A stretch of DNA of 64,000 bases, taken from positions 4,719 to 68,718 of the forward strand of contig JAZNPH010000010.1 in NCBI GenBank assembly GCA_045589515.1, written 5' to 3'. Position 1 is the first letter of the stretch; each line of letters starts with the position of its first letter. Below the pieces are notes generated by a model that ran no database searches, was not told where the DNA came from, and was given only the letters and a program-made list of their open reading frames with translations. Below, in pieces: positions 54,209 to 63,547 of the stretch. Made by a program: the position numbers and the translations under genes. This stretch comes from Eubacteriales bacterium (GTDB lineage Bacteria > Bacillota > Clostridia > Oscillospirales > CAG-382).

Positions 54209-56593
54209 ATGGAACGAAAACCCGATCATTCCGCAGAAAAAACCAAAAAGGCCGTTCCCGTATCCGCCAAGGCGCAGGGGAGCGAGACCTCAAAAAATGA
54301 AAAGCAAGCTAAGGAGAAGTCCCGCAGAGAGCTGACTCACAAGACCATCGTGACGAGAAGCCGTATCGTGCTGGTGGTTATGGTTCTGGCTTTGCTGGCT
54401 ATGTGCGGCAGGCTTGCCTTTTTGCAGATCCTGGATCCCTACGACTACGCCGAAAAGGCTGTGGAGCAGTACACCTATGAGGTGAAGCTGGAAGCCAAGC
54501 GGGGCACCATCTTTGCCTCCGACGGCACCACCAAGCTGGCCTCCAGCGTTACCACTCAAACGGTGTTCATCTCTCCCGCAGACGTCTTGGATACCGCTAC
54601 CAACGGCAGGGACGATGCTTCTGAGGGAACCGTTCCCATGGGAGAAGCCGCTTACCTGCGTTGGCTTGCAGAGGGCTTGGCGGAATGCCTTGAAGACGTG
54701 GACGCTCAGTACATTCTGGACAAGTATTACGCCTTGGGAGATGCCAAGGAAAAATACAAATACCTGGTGATCAAAAAGGACATCAACCAGTCCGAGGAGG
54801 ACAAGGTCCGCCTGTTCATCTCCGAAAACAATCTGGAATTGGAGATCGCTTTGGAGGAGGGCACCAAGCGCTCCTATGGTGAGTCCACCTTGGCCTCTCA
54901 TCTGCTGGGCTTCGTTGGCTCGGATAACAACGGCTTGTTGGGGTTGGAATTCACCTACGACGAATACCTCAGCGGTGTGGACGGAAGAGCCGTCCGCGCC
55001 CAGGATGCCAACGGAAACGAGCTGGCTTACAACTACGAAAGCTACATCGCCGCTCAGGACGGCCTGAATCTGGTTACCACCATCGACGTCACCATTCAGA
55101 GCATCGTGGAAAAGCATCTGAAGGAGACCTACTACGAGCATCAGCCGGAGGGTCGCGTTTCCTGCGTGATCATGGATGTGGACACCGGGGAGATTTTGGC
55201 GCTGGCCATTTACCCCAACTTCGACGTGAACGAATACACCACTCTCTCCGAGGAATATCAGAAAAAGCTGGATGCCTACGAGGGGGAAGACGAAAAGTCC
55301 TACCGTTCCACCCTGCTCAACGAGATGTGGAACAACACCATCGCCACACAGACCTACGAGCCCGGCTCCACCTTCAAGGTGATCACCGCAGCTATGGCGT
55401 TGGAAAGCGGTTCTGCCACACGTTCTCAGCTGTTCAACTGCGGAAGACAGATCACAGTGGCGGGGCAGACCATCCACTGTCACTCCGTTCGCGACCACGG
55501 AATGCAGACCATTGCTGAATCTTTGGTGAATTCCTGCAACCCCGCCTTTGCTTACATTGGCTTTGAGGTGGGACACGGGGAATTCAAGAATTACTTCAAG
55601 AATTTCGGCTACACCGAAAAAACGGGCTCCGACCTGCTGGGCGAGGTGTCCTCCATCTACTACGACACCACCGGCGTTAACTTCGGAGACGTGGAGCTGG
55701 CGGTATATTCCTTCGGCCAGACCTTCAAGGTCACCATGCTCCAGCACATCACCGCTCTTTCCGCGGTGGCCAACGGCGGTTATTTGGTCACTCCCCACGT
55801 AGGGAAGTACCTCACCGATAAAAACGGCAACGTGGTGCAGACCTTCTCCTCCGAAAGCTCCCGTCAGGTGGTTTCCGAGGACGTTTGCAAGGACATCATG
55901 TCCTATCTGGTCAACTCCACCAAGAACGCCTGCGTCAGCGGCTACAACGTGGTTTCCAAGACGGGTACCTCCGAGAAGCGAGACACCCTCCGGGAGGACG
56001 ACTACGTTTCCTCCTGTGTCACCTTCGCTCCTGCGGCAGACCCCAAGATCGCCATTCTGGTGACGGTGGATACCCCCAACCCCGAGTTCGGTATTTACGG
56101 CTCTGCCGTTGCCGCCCCCGCAGTGGGACGGATCCTGGCAGAGGTTCTCCCCCATATGGGCATTTCTCCCGATGACGTGGCCGATCCTGTGGAAATGGTC
56201 ACTGTCCGTGATTACACCGGGGAGAATGCCAAGGACATCAAATCCATCATCGAAGGCTTAGGCCTCAAATGTGAGATCAAGGGCAGTGGCAAGACAATCG
56301 TAGGCCAAATGCCCAAGGGCGAGCAGAGCGTGGCTGTGGGCGGTAAGGTGATCCTCTACACCGAGGAATCCTACGAGGAAGGCACCGTCACCGTTCCCGA
56401 TGTCAAGGACAAAACTCCCGAATCCGCACTCCGTACCCTTCTCAACAAGGGCTTGAACGTGCAGATCAAGGGTGTCTTCGATGCAGACACCAACAACTGC
56501 TACGTGGTTTCCCAATCCATCGAAGCCGGGGAACAGGTCGCCCCCGGTACCATCGTGGTGATCCAATGCCGTTACGAAGGCAGCAGCGACTGA
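54209..56593 (+). CDS. Class B penicillin-binding protein (FtsI/PBP2B/SpoVD-like) with two C-terminal PASTA domains
   Basis: STFK, SCN and KTGT motifs and two PASTA-like repeats at the C-terminus. The start is uncertain: ATG 54209 is preferred, and the ORF-track ATG 54146 is possible. Confidence 0.88.
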   Translation: MERKPDHSAEKTKKAVPVSAKAQGSETSKNEKQAKEKSRRELTHKTIVTRSRIVLVVMVLALLAMCGRLAFLQILDPYDYAEKAVEQYTYEVKLEAKRGTIFASDGTTKLASSVTTQTVFISPADVLDTATNGRDDASEGTVPMGEAAYLRWLAEGLAECLEDVDAQYILDKYYALGDAKEKYKYLVIKKDINQSEEDKVRLFISENNLELEIALEEGTKRSYGESTLASHLLGFVGSDNNGLLGLEFTYDEYLSGVDGRAVRAQDANGNELAYNYESYIAAQDGLNLVTTIDVTIQSIVEKHLKETYYEHQPEGRVSCVIMDVDTGEILALAIYPNFDVNEYTTLSEEYQKKLDAYEGEDEKSYRSTLLNEMWNNTIATQTYEPGSTFKVITAAMALESGSATRSQLFNCGRQITVAGQTIHCHSVRDHGMQTIAESLVNSCNPAFAYIGFEVGHGEFKNYFKNFGYTEKTGSDLLGEVSSIYYDTTGVNFGDVELAVYSFGQTFKVTMLQHITALSAVANGGYLVTPHVGKYLTDKNGNVVQTFSSESSRQVVSEDVCKDIMSYLVNSTKNACVSGYNVVSKTGTSEKRDTLREDDYVSSCVTFAPAADPKIAILVTVDTPNPEFGIYGSAVAAPAVGRILAEVLPHMGISPDDVADPVEMVTVRDYTGENAKDIKSIIEGLGLKCEIKGSGKTIVGQMPKGEQSVAVGGKVILYTEESYEEGTVTVPDVKDKTPESALRTLLNKGLNVQIKGVFDADTNNCYVVSQSIEAGEQVAPGTIVVIQCRYEGSSD

Positions 56594-56629
56594 TCTTTAC
56601 GAAAAACATCCAAAGGAACTTAGAAGAAC

Positions 56630-57616
56630 ATGGATATTCTCAACCGCATCCTTCTTCCCATGGTAGGCTCTTTCCTGCTTTCCGCTCTTCTTTTGAAGAT
56701 CTTCATTCCCGTTCTCCGCAAGGTGAAACTGGGGCAGAAGATCCTGGAGATCGGTCCTTCCTGGCATAAGTGCAAGGAAGGCACCCCCGTGCTGGGCGGT
56801 CTGTTCTTCATCCTTTCCACTCTGTGCGCATTTTCCTTGTGGGCGCTCTTCGGTGGGGAAGACTTTGATCCCGCTTGGGGCGGCGTGGCCATTCTGGCCT
56901 TGGGCTCCGGGGTCATCGGCTTTATCGACGACTACGTCAAGCTGTTTAAAAAGCGCAACAAGGGACTCACCGCCAAGCAGAAGATGGCTCTCCAGCTCCT
57001 TACCGCCGCAGGCTTTTTGGCCTACCGCGCCCTGGTGTGCAAGGCAGGCACCGCCGTGAAGCTATACGGTCTCTTCGGGCTGGAAAGCCTGGAGCTTTCC
57101 TGGCTCTATTATCCCATCATGATTTTGGTGTCGGTGTACGTCATCAACTGTGCAAATCTCACCGATGGAATCGACGGTCTGGCGGGAAGCGTTTCCCTCA
57201 TCCAATGCGTGTTCTTTATCTGTGCAGGCCATCTCCTTTGGCAGAACGCGGGGGTTTCCGCCCTGTCTGCCGCGTTGGCAGGGGGACTTATGGGTTTCTT
57301 GGTGTATAACTTCCACCCCGCAAAGATCTTCATGGGGGATACGGGCTCTCTCTTCCTGGGAGGCTTCACCGTTGCCTTGGCTTTCACCATGGAAGCGGAG
57401 CTGTTACTGCTCCCTCTGTGTCTGATCTGGATCATTGAAGGCGTTTCCGTTCTTCTTCAGGTGTTCTTCTTCAAGGTTACCGGAAAGCGGATCTTCAAAA
57501 TGGCTCCTATCCACCACCACTTCGAAATGTGCAAGTGGAGCGAGGTGAAGGTGGTGTTCACCTTCTCCTTCGTCACCGCCCTGAGCTGTGGGCTGACCTA
57601 TTGGCTCTTGGCATAA
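56630..57616 (+). CDS. mraY: Phospho-N-acetylmuramoyl-pentapeptide transferase
   Basis: Polytopic protein with NLTDGIDGLA and GDTGSLFLGG motifs. Confidence 0.95.
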   Translation: MDILNRILLPMVGSFLLSALLLKIFIPVLRKVKLGQKILEIGPSWHKCKEGTPVLGGLFFILSTLCAFSLWALFGGEDFDPAWGGVAILALGSGVIGFIDDYVKLFKKRNKGLTAKQKMALQLLTAAGFLAYRALVCKAGTAVKLYGLFGLESLELSWLYYPIMILVSVYVINCANLTDGIDGLAGSVSLIQCVFFICAGHLLWQNAGVSALSAALAGGLMGFLVYNFHPAKIFMGDTGSLFLGGFTVALAFTMEAELLLLPLCLIWIIEGVSVLLQVFFFKVTGKRIFKMAPIHHHFEMCKWSEVKVVFTFSFVTALSCGLTYWLLA

Positions 57617-57653
57617 TCCCCAAAAACAAAAATCTCGAAAGGAGGTCCTCTCA

Positions 57654-58880
57654 ATGGAAGAACCCGCGGAAACTAAGCCCGCCGTTACCCGCGTCAAGCG
57701 GGAAATGACCCTGCGTCAAAAGCCCGGTACGGTGACCCGCTTTTTGGGCGAGATGGATCGTCCCTTCCTGATCATTGTTTTGCTTTTGGTGTGCATTGGC
57801 TCCATCGCCGTGTTCTCCGCTTCCTACGCCCACTCTGCCAACCGCTACGGCGATTCCTACGCTTTGGCTCGTCCACAGCTGGGCTACGTTTTGGGAGGCG
57901 TTACCCTGATGGCGATCATTGCCGCCTTCGGCCCGGTGGTTCTCGGCGTTTTGCGCAAGGCTGCATATCCTATTTTCTTTACTGCAATCGCTATGAACGC
58001 CGTGGTGCGCTTCATCGGCCAGAACTATAACGGTGCAACCCGTTGGATCATCATTGCGGGTATCCAGTTCCAGCCCTCCGAGTTTTTGAAATTTGCTCTG
58101 GTGCTGATCTGCGCCACCCATACGGTGCGGAACAGGGACAGAATGCATACCTTCCGCTACGGCGTGTTGCCCTTCGGCTTTTTCCTGCTCTCGGCGGTGG
58201 CCACCACCTTGATGCAGAGCCACCTTTCCGCCACCATCATCTGCTGTATCATCGTCTACGTGATGATGTGGCTGGGCGGCACGGGAGCCAAGTTCTTGGG
58301 CGTCGTCACCGGCTTCATTGCCGCGGGCGGTGCCGCCTTGGTGCTGTGGGGAAGGAAAATCATCGAACTGATCGTTCCCCATGCACTCATCCGTCTGGAC
58401 GTATGGGAGGATCCCTTCTCCTTTATGTCCAACGCCTCCGGCGGCAAGGGCTGGCAGCCTGCACAATCTCTGTACGCCATCAGCTCCGGCGGATTCTGGG
58501 GCTTGGGTCTGGGACAGAGCAACCAAAAGCACGGTTATCTTCCAGAGCCCTACAACGATTACATCTTTGCCATTATCTGTGAGGAGATGGGCTACTTCGG
58601 TGCGGTGCTGATCATCGGTCTCTTTGTGGCCTTTGCTTGGAGAGGCTTCTACATCGCCACCCATTCCCAGGATAAATTCTCCTCCCTGCTTGTTATGGGC
58701 ATCATTGCCCACGTGATCATCCAGGTGGTTTTGAACATCTGCGTGGTCACCAACACCATTCCCAGCACGGGCATCAGCCTTCCCTTCTTCAGCTACGGCG
58801 GTACGTCTTTGATCATCCTGCTGTGCGAGATGGGTCTGGTACTGGCAGTTTCCCGTTATTCCTACACCGAAAAAGCTTAA
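57654..58880 (+). CDS. ftsW: FtsW/RodA/SpoVE-family peptidoglycan glycosyltransferase
   Basis: SEDS family features (FQPSEFLKFALV, LPEPYNDYIFAII, GISLPFFSYGGTS). AGGAGG RBS 8 nt upstream. Confidence 0.9.
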   Translation: MEEPAETKPAVTRVKREMTLRQKPGTVTRFLGEMDRPFLIIVLLLVCIGSIAVFSASYAHSANRYGDSYALARPQLGYVLGGVTLMAIIAAFGPVVLGVLRKAAYPIFFTAIAMNAVVRFIGQNYNGATRWIIIAGIQFQPSEFLKFALVLICATHTVRNRDRMHTFRYGVLPFGFFLLSAVATTLMQSHLSATIICCIIVYVMMWLGGTGAKFLGVVTGFIAAGGAALVLWGRKIIELIVPHALIRLDVWEDPFSFMSNASGGKGWQPAQSLYAISSGGFWGLGLGQSNQKHGYLPEPYNDYIFAIICEEMGYFGAVLIIGLFVAFAWRGFYIATHSQDKFSSLLVMGIIAHVIIQVVLNICVVTNTIPSTGISLPFFSYGGTSLIILLCEMGLVLAVSRYSYTEKA

Positions 58881-58898
58881 TAAAGGAATGAACTTACC

Positions 58899-60017
58899 AT
58901 GAAAGTCGTATTGAGCGGCGGCGGTACAGGCGGCCACGTCAACCCCGCGTTGAATATAGCAAAAGCCATCAAAAAGCAGGATCCCCAAGCAGAGATCTCC
59001 TTCGTGGGGACCAAGCGGGGTATCGAAAGCACCCTTGTGCCCAAGGCGGGCTACGAGATCGATTTCGTGCAGGTGCAGGGCTTCCGCAGAAAACTGAATT
59101 TCAAAGGACTGAAGGAAAACTGCAAGGCGCTCTACAGAGCCGTTGCCTCCGTTCGCCAGGCTAAGAAGATCCTGAAGGTACGTCAGCCCGACGTGGTGGT
59201 GGGTACCGGCGGTTACGTTAGCTGGCCCACGGTGAAGGCGGCCTCCAAGCTGGGCATCCCTTGCCTCATTCACGAGCAGAACACCTTCCCCGGAGTCACC
59301 ACCAAAAAGCTTTCCAAATTGGCAAACGTGGTGTGTATCAGCTTCGAGGGGAGCGAGAAGTTCTTTCCGGGAGAAGCCGTCGATAAGCTGATGCTCACAG
59401 GCAACCCCATCCACGTGGATCACATCTCCCGCGAAGAAGCCCGCGCCAAGCTGGGCATCGGAGAGGATGAGCTGTACGTGCTGTCCTTTGGCGGCAGTAT
59501 GGGTGCCAAGCGTGTGAACGAGCTTTGCTTCGATCTCATGGAGCAGTACACCGTTCCCGCTGCTATCCGTCACGACCATGCCGTGGGCAGAGTGGAGTTT
59601 GAACATTTCTCCGCCCTGGCCAAGGAAACGGGCTTGGACAAACAGAAAAACCTCACCATTGCGGAATACTTCTACGATATGCCCTACCGCCAGGCGGCGG
59701 CAGACGTGATCGTATGCCGTGCAGGTGCCATGACCCTGGCAGAGCTTGCCGTCCGCGGTAAGGCGGCCATTCTGATCCCCAGCCCCCACGTGGCGGAGGA
59801 TCACCAATACAAAAACGCCCGTCTGCTGGCAGATGCAGGGGCGGCGGTGGTATACCGCGAGTCCGAGCTGGACAGCGAGCTTCTTAAGAACGCCGTGAAG
59901 GATCTGCTGGAAAACGAAAACAAACGGAAGCGCATTGAGGACGGCATCCGCAACTTTGCCGCTCCCGATTCCGCAGACCGTATCGCCGCAGAGGTTATTC
60001 GACTGGCGGAGGAATAA
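58899..60017 (+). CDS. murG: UDP-N-acetylglucosamine--N-acetylmuramyl-(pentapeptide) pyrophosphoryl-undecaprenol N-acetylglucosamine transferase
   Basis: GGTGGHVNPAL N-terminus and the C-terminal AGAMTLAE...HQYKNA block. Confidence 0.95.
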   Translation: MKVVLSGGGTGGHVNPALNIAKAIKKQDPQAEISFVGTKRGIESTLVPKAGYEIDFVQVQGFRRKLNFKGLKENCKALYRAVASVRQAKKILKVRQPDVVVGTGGYVSWPTVKAASKLGIPCLIHEQNTFPGVTTKKLSKLANVVCISFEGSEKFFPGEAVDKLMLTGNPIHVDHISREEARAKLGIGEDELYVLSFGGSMGAKRVNELCFDLMEQYTVPAAIRHDHAVGRVEFEHFSALAKETGLDKQKNLTIAEYFYDMPYRQAAADVIVCRAGAMTLAELAVRGKAAILIPSPHVAEDHQYKNARLLADAGAAVVYRESELDSELLKNAVKDLLENENKRKRIEDGIRNFAAPDSADRIAAEVIRLAEE

Positions 60018-60038
60018 ACAAGGAAAGGAGACACCCCC

Positions 60039-60854
60039 ATGGAAGAGCAACGCAGGTTTGTGCGAAGCAGTGCCAGCATGGACGCCCTGCGAAGCAAGCA
60101 GGATAAAAAACGCCGCCGCAGAACGGTGTTTTACGTCAGCCTGTTCGTGGCAGTGACCTTGGTCTTTCTGGTGGTGTGCTTCTTCGTTTTTTTTCGCGTG
60201 TCGGAGATCCGCATCGAAAATAATGAGATCTACACCGACGGACAGATCATGGAAAACCTCACCTTTGCCCCCGGGGACAATCTGTTCTCCTTCAAGGCTG
60301 CGGAGGCGGAGGAAGCTTTGCGAAAGGCTCTGCCCTATATCGGAGAGGTGGAGATCACCCGTAAGCTTCCCGGCGTGATCACCGTTACCGTCAGCGAACG
60401 GAAGGCAGAGATGACCTTGGTATTGGGCGAGGACGCCTACCTTCTTTCCGGCGACCTGCAGGTTCTTGGCAGGATTGGCGGAGGAGAGATCACCGCAGGA
60501 ATTACCCGCCTTTCCACCAGCTCCGTGGAGCGTTGCCTGGTGGGAGAAAGCGTCACCTTCGTGGATACCCGTACCGCGGATTACCTCAAGGAGCTATATA
60601 TATGCCTTGCGGAGAACGACCTGATGAAAATGGTGCGGGAGATCGACATGGTCAGCCGCTTTGACATCACCCTGAACTACGACGACCGCTTTACCGTGTA
60701 TCTTGCCGATATCGATAACATGGATATCAAGATCCGCTTCCTGGTGGAGATTCTCAAAAAGCTCGATCCCGATGACACGGGGTATATCAATCTGGCCGAT
60801 CACAGGGAAGCGGCAGTCCGTCTGGACGAAAAAGAGGAGACTTCCGCAGAATAA
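60039..60854 (+). CDS. ftsQ: Cell-division protein FtsQ/DivIB (POTRA-containing)
   Basis: Basic tail, one TM helix and a POTRA-like block (FRVSEIRIENNEIYTDGQIMENL). Position is between murG and ftsZ. Confidence 0.8.
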   Translation: MEEQRRFVRSSASMDALRSKQDKKRRRRTVFYVSLFVAVTLVFLVVCFFVFFRVSEIRIENNEIYTDGQIMENLTFAPGDNLFSFKAAEAEEALRKALPYIGEVEITRKLPGVITVTVSERKAEMTLVLGEDAYLLSGDLQVLGRIGGGEITAGITRLSTSSVERCLVGESVTFVDTRTADYLKELYICLAENDLMKMVREIDMVSRFDITLNYDDRFTVYLADIDNMDIKIRFLVEILKKLDPDDTGYINLADHREAAVRLDEKEETSAE

Positions 60855-60918
60855 CCCCTTTTTTGCCTAATCTGTCGAAAAAAGTCGGTATTTTTAGCAA
60901 GAAAAACGCAAAAAGCTC

Positions 60919-60947
60919 TTGCAAAATTGAATAAAAAAGGTTATTAT
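60919..60947 (+). promoter_or_regulatory. Candidate dedicated ftsZ promoter
   Basis: TTGCAA, 17 nt, TATTAT (60942-60947), within the AT-rich 136-bp ftsQ-ftsZ gap. Confidence 0.45.
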
Positions 60948-60990
60948 AGTAAATGTAAAAAAGTATATAAAGTTTTCGGAGGATCAATTT

Positions 60991-62073
60991 ATGTCAAGTC
61001 TTAGCACGAATCCCAATGCCGTCGTGATCAAGGTCGTCGGTGTGGGCGGCGGTGGCGGCAACGCAGTCAACCGCATGATCGCTTCCTTTGACTCTTCCGA
61101 TGTTGAATTCATCAACATCAACACCGACTCCCAGGTGCTCTTCAAATCCAGTGCTCCTACCAAGATCGAGATCGGCGAGAAGATCACCAAGGGCAAGGGT
61201 GCAGGCAGCAATCCCGAAGTGGGCGAAAAGGCTGCTGACGAATCTATCGACCTGATCAAAGATGCACTGAAGGGTGCAGATATGGTGTTCATTACCGCAG
61301 GCATGGGCGGCGGTACCGGTACCGGCGCGGCTCCCATCGTTGCAAAGGTGGCAAAGGAAATGGAGATCCTGACCGTTGCCATCGTTACCAAGCCCTTTGT
61401 TTTCGAGGGCGGCAAGAGAATGGCTCAGGCCGAGATGGGTATCGAAAAGCTGGCTGAAATCGTTGACAGCTTGATCGTTATCCCCAACGAGCGTCTGAAG
61501 CTTCTCACCGATAAGAAGATCACCTTCCTGAATGCATTTGCAGAGGCAGACGACGTTCTGCTGAAGGGTGTTCGCAGCATCTGCGAGCTGATCACCGTGG
61601 AAGGTATCATCAACCTTGACTTTGCTGACGTTTGTGCCGTTATGGCAAACGCAGGCCTGGCTCACATGGGCGTTGGCGCCGCTAAGGGTAAGGACAAGGC
61701 AGAGATGGCGGCCAAGATGGCTATGTCTTCTCCCTTGCTGGAAACCAATATCAGCGGTGCAAAGGGCATCGTAGTCAACATCACCGCTTCTCCCGACATC
61801 GGTCTGGACGAGATCGACTGCGCAGTTGCCATGATCACCAGCGAGGCTCAGCCCGACGCGACCATCATCTTCGGTGCTGCTCTGGATCCCGCTCTGGAGG
61901 ACGAGATGAAGATCACTCTGGTGGCTACCGGCTTCGAGGCAAACAAGAAGGCCGCAGACAAGAAGCGCACCGTGGTCGCTGCCGAAAGCAAGACCATCGA
62001 GTCCGCAGCCGACGTTACCGAGGATTCCGATATCAAGGACATCATCGAGATGCTCAACCGCGGCAGAAGATAA
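60991..62073 (+). CDS. ftsZ: Cell-division GTPase FtsZ
   Basis: [17 protein letters not shown], tubulin signature [10 protein letters not shown] and a C-terminal peptide [23 protein letters not shown]. Confidence 0.97.
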   Translation: MSSLSTNPNAVVIKVVGVGGGGGNAVNRMIASFDSSDVEFININTDSQVLFKSSAPTKIEIGEKITKGKGAGSNPEVGEKAADESIDLIKDALKGADMVFITAGMGGGTGTGAAPIVAKVAKEMEILTVAIVTKPFVFEGGKRMAQAEMGIEKLAEIVDSLIVIPNERLKLLTDKKITFLNAFAEADDVLLKGVRSICELITVEGIINLDFADVCAVMANAGLAHMGVGAAKGKDKAEMAAKMAMSSPLLETNISGAKGIVVNITASPDIGLDEIDCAVAMITSEAQPDATIIFGAALDPALEDEMKITLVATGFEANKKAADKKRTVVAAESKTIESAADVTEDSDIKDIIEMLNRGRR

Positions 62074-62093
62074 TCATTCCATACACAAAAGAA

Positions 62094-62127
62094 AGAGCGG
62101 TACAGTGTGCCGCTCTTTTGCTTCTTT
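62094..62127 (+). terminator. Intrinsic terminator after ftsZ
   Basis: AGAGCGG-9 nt-CCGCTCT followed by TTTGCTTCTTT. Confidence 0.7.
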
Positions 62128-62140
62128 AAAGGAACAAAAC

Positions 62141-62356
62141 ATGAAAAAGAGTATCGCTTTTCTGCTGATCGCCTTGATCTGTCTATCCCTTTTGTCCCTG
62201 CTCGCCGTAGCCGAGGGTGATCCTGCCGTCCTTCCCGAAGAGACGGAGGAAAACGCACAGCGGGTCTCTCCTCTTTGGTTGGGGATCGGTGTGGGCGTAC
62301 TTGCCGCCATCGGCACGGGTATATGGTTTTACGTCAAGCGGAAGGATAATACCTGA
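62141..62356 (+). CDS. Small (71-aa) secreted/anchored protein
   Basis: ATG 62141. Signal peptide, acidic stretch, C-terminal TM helix and KRK tail. The short length makes this call tentative. Confidence 0.4.
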   Translation: MKKSIAFLLIALICLSLLSLLAVAEGDPAVLPEETEENAQRVSPLWLGIGVGVLAAIGTGIWFYVKRKDNT

Positions 62357-62375
62357 AACGGAAAGGAACGTACAC

Positions 62376-63002
62376 ATGAGCTACCACGAAGAAGGAATGC
62401 TTCCCACAGGCTTTTATTGCAGTGACAGACGTCCAAATATCTTTCTCATCGGAGATTCCATCCGTATGGGCTACTGCGCATACGCAAAGGAAGCCTTTGG
62501 AGACTTTGCGGAAGTCTTCTGGGTGGAGGACAACTGCCGCAACACCCAGTACGTCATTTCCTGCCTCAACGGCTGGAAGAATATGTTCGACCGTCCCGAG
62601 AAGGTGGATCTGGTGCAGTTCAACTGCGGTCATTGGGACATCGCCCATTGGAACCGTTACCCCGTTCCCCTCACCAGCGAGGCGGAATACGAGAAGAATC
62701 TGGAGATGATCCTGTTCCTCATTCGTGAGCTGTTCCCCAACGCAGGGATCGTCATGGCTACCACCACCCCCATGAATCTAGGCGACGACGGCGGGGTAAA
62801 CCCCAGGAGTAACACCGAGATCGCCCGCTACAACGATGTGGTACGCAAGGTTGCGGAGAAGAACGGCATCCCTGTGAATGATCTGGCCGCCTTCACGTGG
62901 GATTGGGGCGTAGAGGCCTTTGCGGATTACTGCCACTTTACCCCGGAATCCAACAAGGCACTGGGCATGGAAGTCACAGAACAGTTGAAGAAGTATTTAT
63001 AA
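62376..63002 (+). CDS. SGNH/GDSL-family hydrolase
   Basis: ATG 62376 lies 8 nt after GAAAGGA. Block I FLIGDSIRMGY and block V DYCHFT are present. Confidence 0.75.
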   Translation: MSYHEEGMLPTGFYCSDRRPNIFLIGDSIRMGYCAYAKEAFGDFAEVFWVEDNCRNTQYVISCLNGWKNMFDRPEKVDLVQFNCGHWDIAHWNRYPVPLTSEAEYEKNLEMILFLIRELFPNAGIVMATTTPMNLGDDGGVNPRSNTEIARYNDVVRKVAEKNGIPVNDLAAFTWDWGVEAFADYCHFTPESNKALGMEVTEQLKKYL

Positions 63003-63017
63003 GGATAGTGTGTTTGC

Positions 63018-63051
63018 GAGGGAGGCCCTTTTTGAAAAAAGTGCCTCCCTC
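63018..63051. repeat. Stand-alone B-type long hairpin
   Basis: GAGGGAGGC-CCTTTTTGAAAAAAGT-GCCTCCCTC. It has the same T5/A5-core design as 49335-49369 and no U-tract. Confidence 0.6.
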
Positions 63052-63093
63052 ATACTCCCTCCACAAAAACTTTCCCTTGAAGGTGGAACGACA

Positions 63094-63126
63094 AAAGGAC
63101 AGAGATTGCGCTCCGTCCTTTTTTGT
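63094..63126. terminator. Bidirectional terminator between convergent genes
   Basis: AAAAGGACAGAG-ATTGCG-CTCCGTCCTTTTTT, with one mismatch in the stem. Confidence 0.65.
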
Positions 63127-63142
63127 TTCATAATGGAAATCT

Positions 63143-63454
63143 TCAAGGCTCCTGCAGATTCAAGTCTTCAAGCCGATTGGACAGATTTTCTGCTTTGTTC
63201 CTCTCAAACCAATCGTCCTCGTGCAAGGGAGATTCCAAAGGCGTAAACATAAAGCATCCTGCGTCTCCGGTCTGTAAATCGTCAAAAAATGAGCCGTCCC
63301 GATAGTCGTATTGCCCCGCAAGCTCCATGTCGGGAACAAAACGCTCCCACTTTTCGCACCAATAGTGGAAATGCTTGGCGGGATCCTTGGGATCGCAAAG
63401 TTCAAAGCAAAAATGCTTACAGTTGTAACAAGTGTTTTTCATCTTTATGACCAT
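63143..63454 (-). CDS. Small Cys-rich hypothetical protein
   Basis: 103-aa ORF; the alternative start is ATG 63442 (MKNTCYNCKHFC). A CxxC...C...C N-terminus is followed by an acidic C-terminus. No family recognised. Confidence 0.4.
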   Translation of the reverse strand: MVIKMKNTCYNCKHFCFELCDPKDPAKHFHYWCEKWERFVPDMELAGQYDYRDGSFFDDLQTGDAGCFMFTPLESPLHEDDWFERNKAENLSNRLEDLNLQEP

Positions 63455-63464
63455 TCCTTTCGTA

Positions 63465-63545
63465 GCCCGCCGGGGCGGGCGGTCGCGAAAGATTTTGTGA
63501 GCGAAGCCACAAAATCATGTTTGAAAAAGGATCCCTTTTTCAAAC
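63465..63545. repeat. Three consecutive hairpins filling the gap between two minus-strand genes
   Basis: GCCCGCC-GG-GGCGGGC (63465-63480); GATTTTGTG-8 nt-CACAAAATC (63491-63516); GTTTGAAAAAGG-ATC-CCTTTTTCAAAC (63519-63545, B-type). Confidence 0.6.
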
Positions 63546-63547
63546 TT

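Noticed and set aside
57651-60050. 799-aa ORF on the minus strand spanning ftsW and murG
   Set aside because: It lies entirely antisense to two well-supported genes. Its translation is low-complexity (G/H/V/A/Q/D-rich) with no motifs. Such shadow ORFs are expected when the sense genes avoid TTA, CTA and TCA codons in a GC3-rich genome.
62210-62260. LPxTG sortase signal in the small post-ftsZ protein (VLPEETE)
   Set aside because: The motif is LPEET, not LPxTG, and there is no Gly after Thr. Only the hydrophobic helix plus basic tail resembles a sorting signal.
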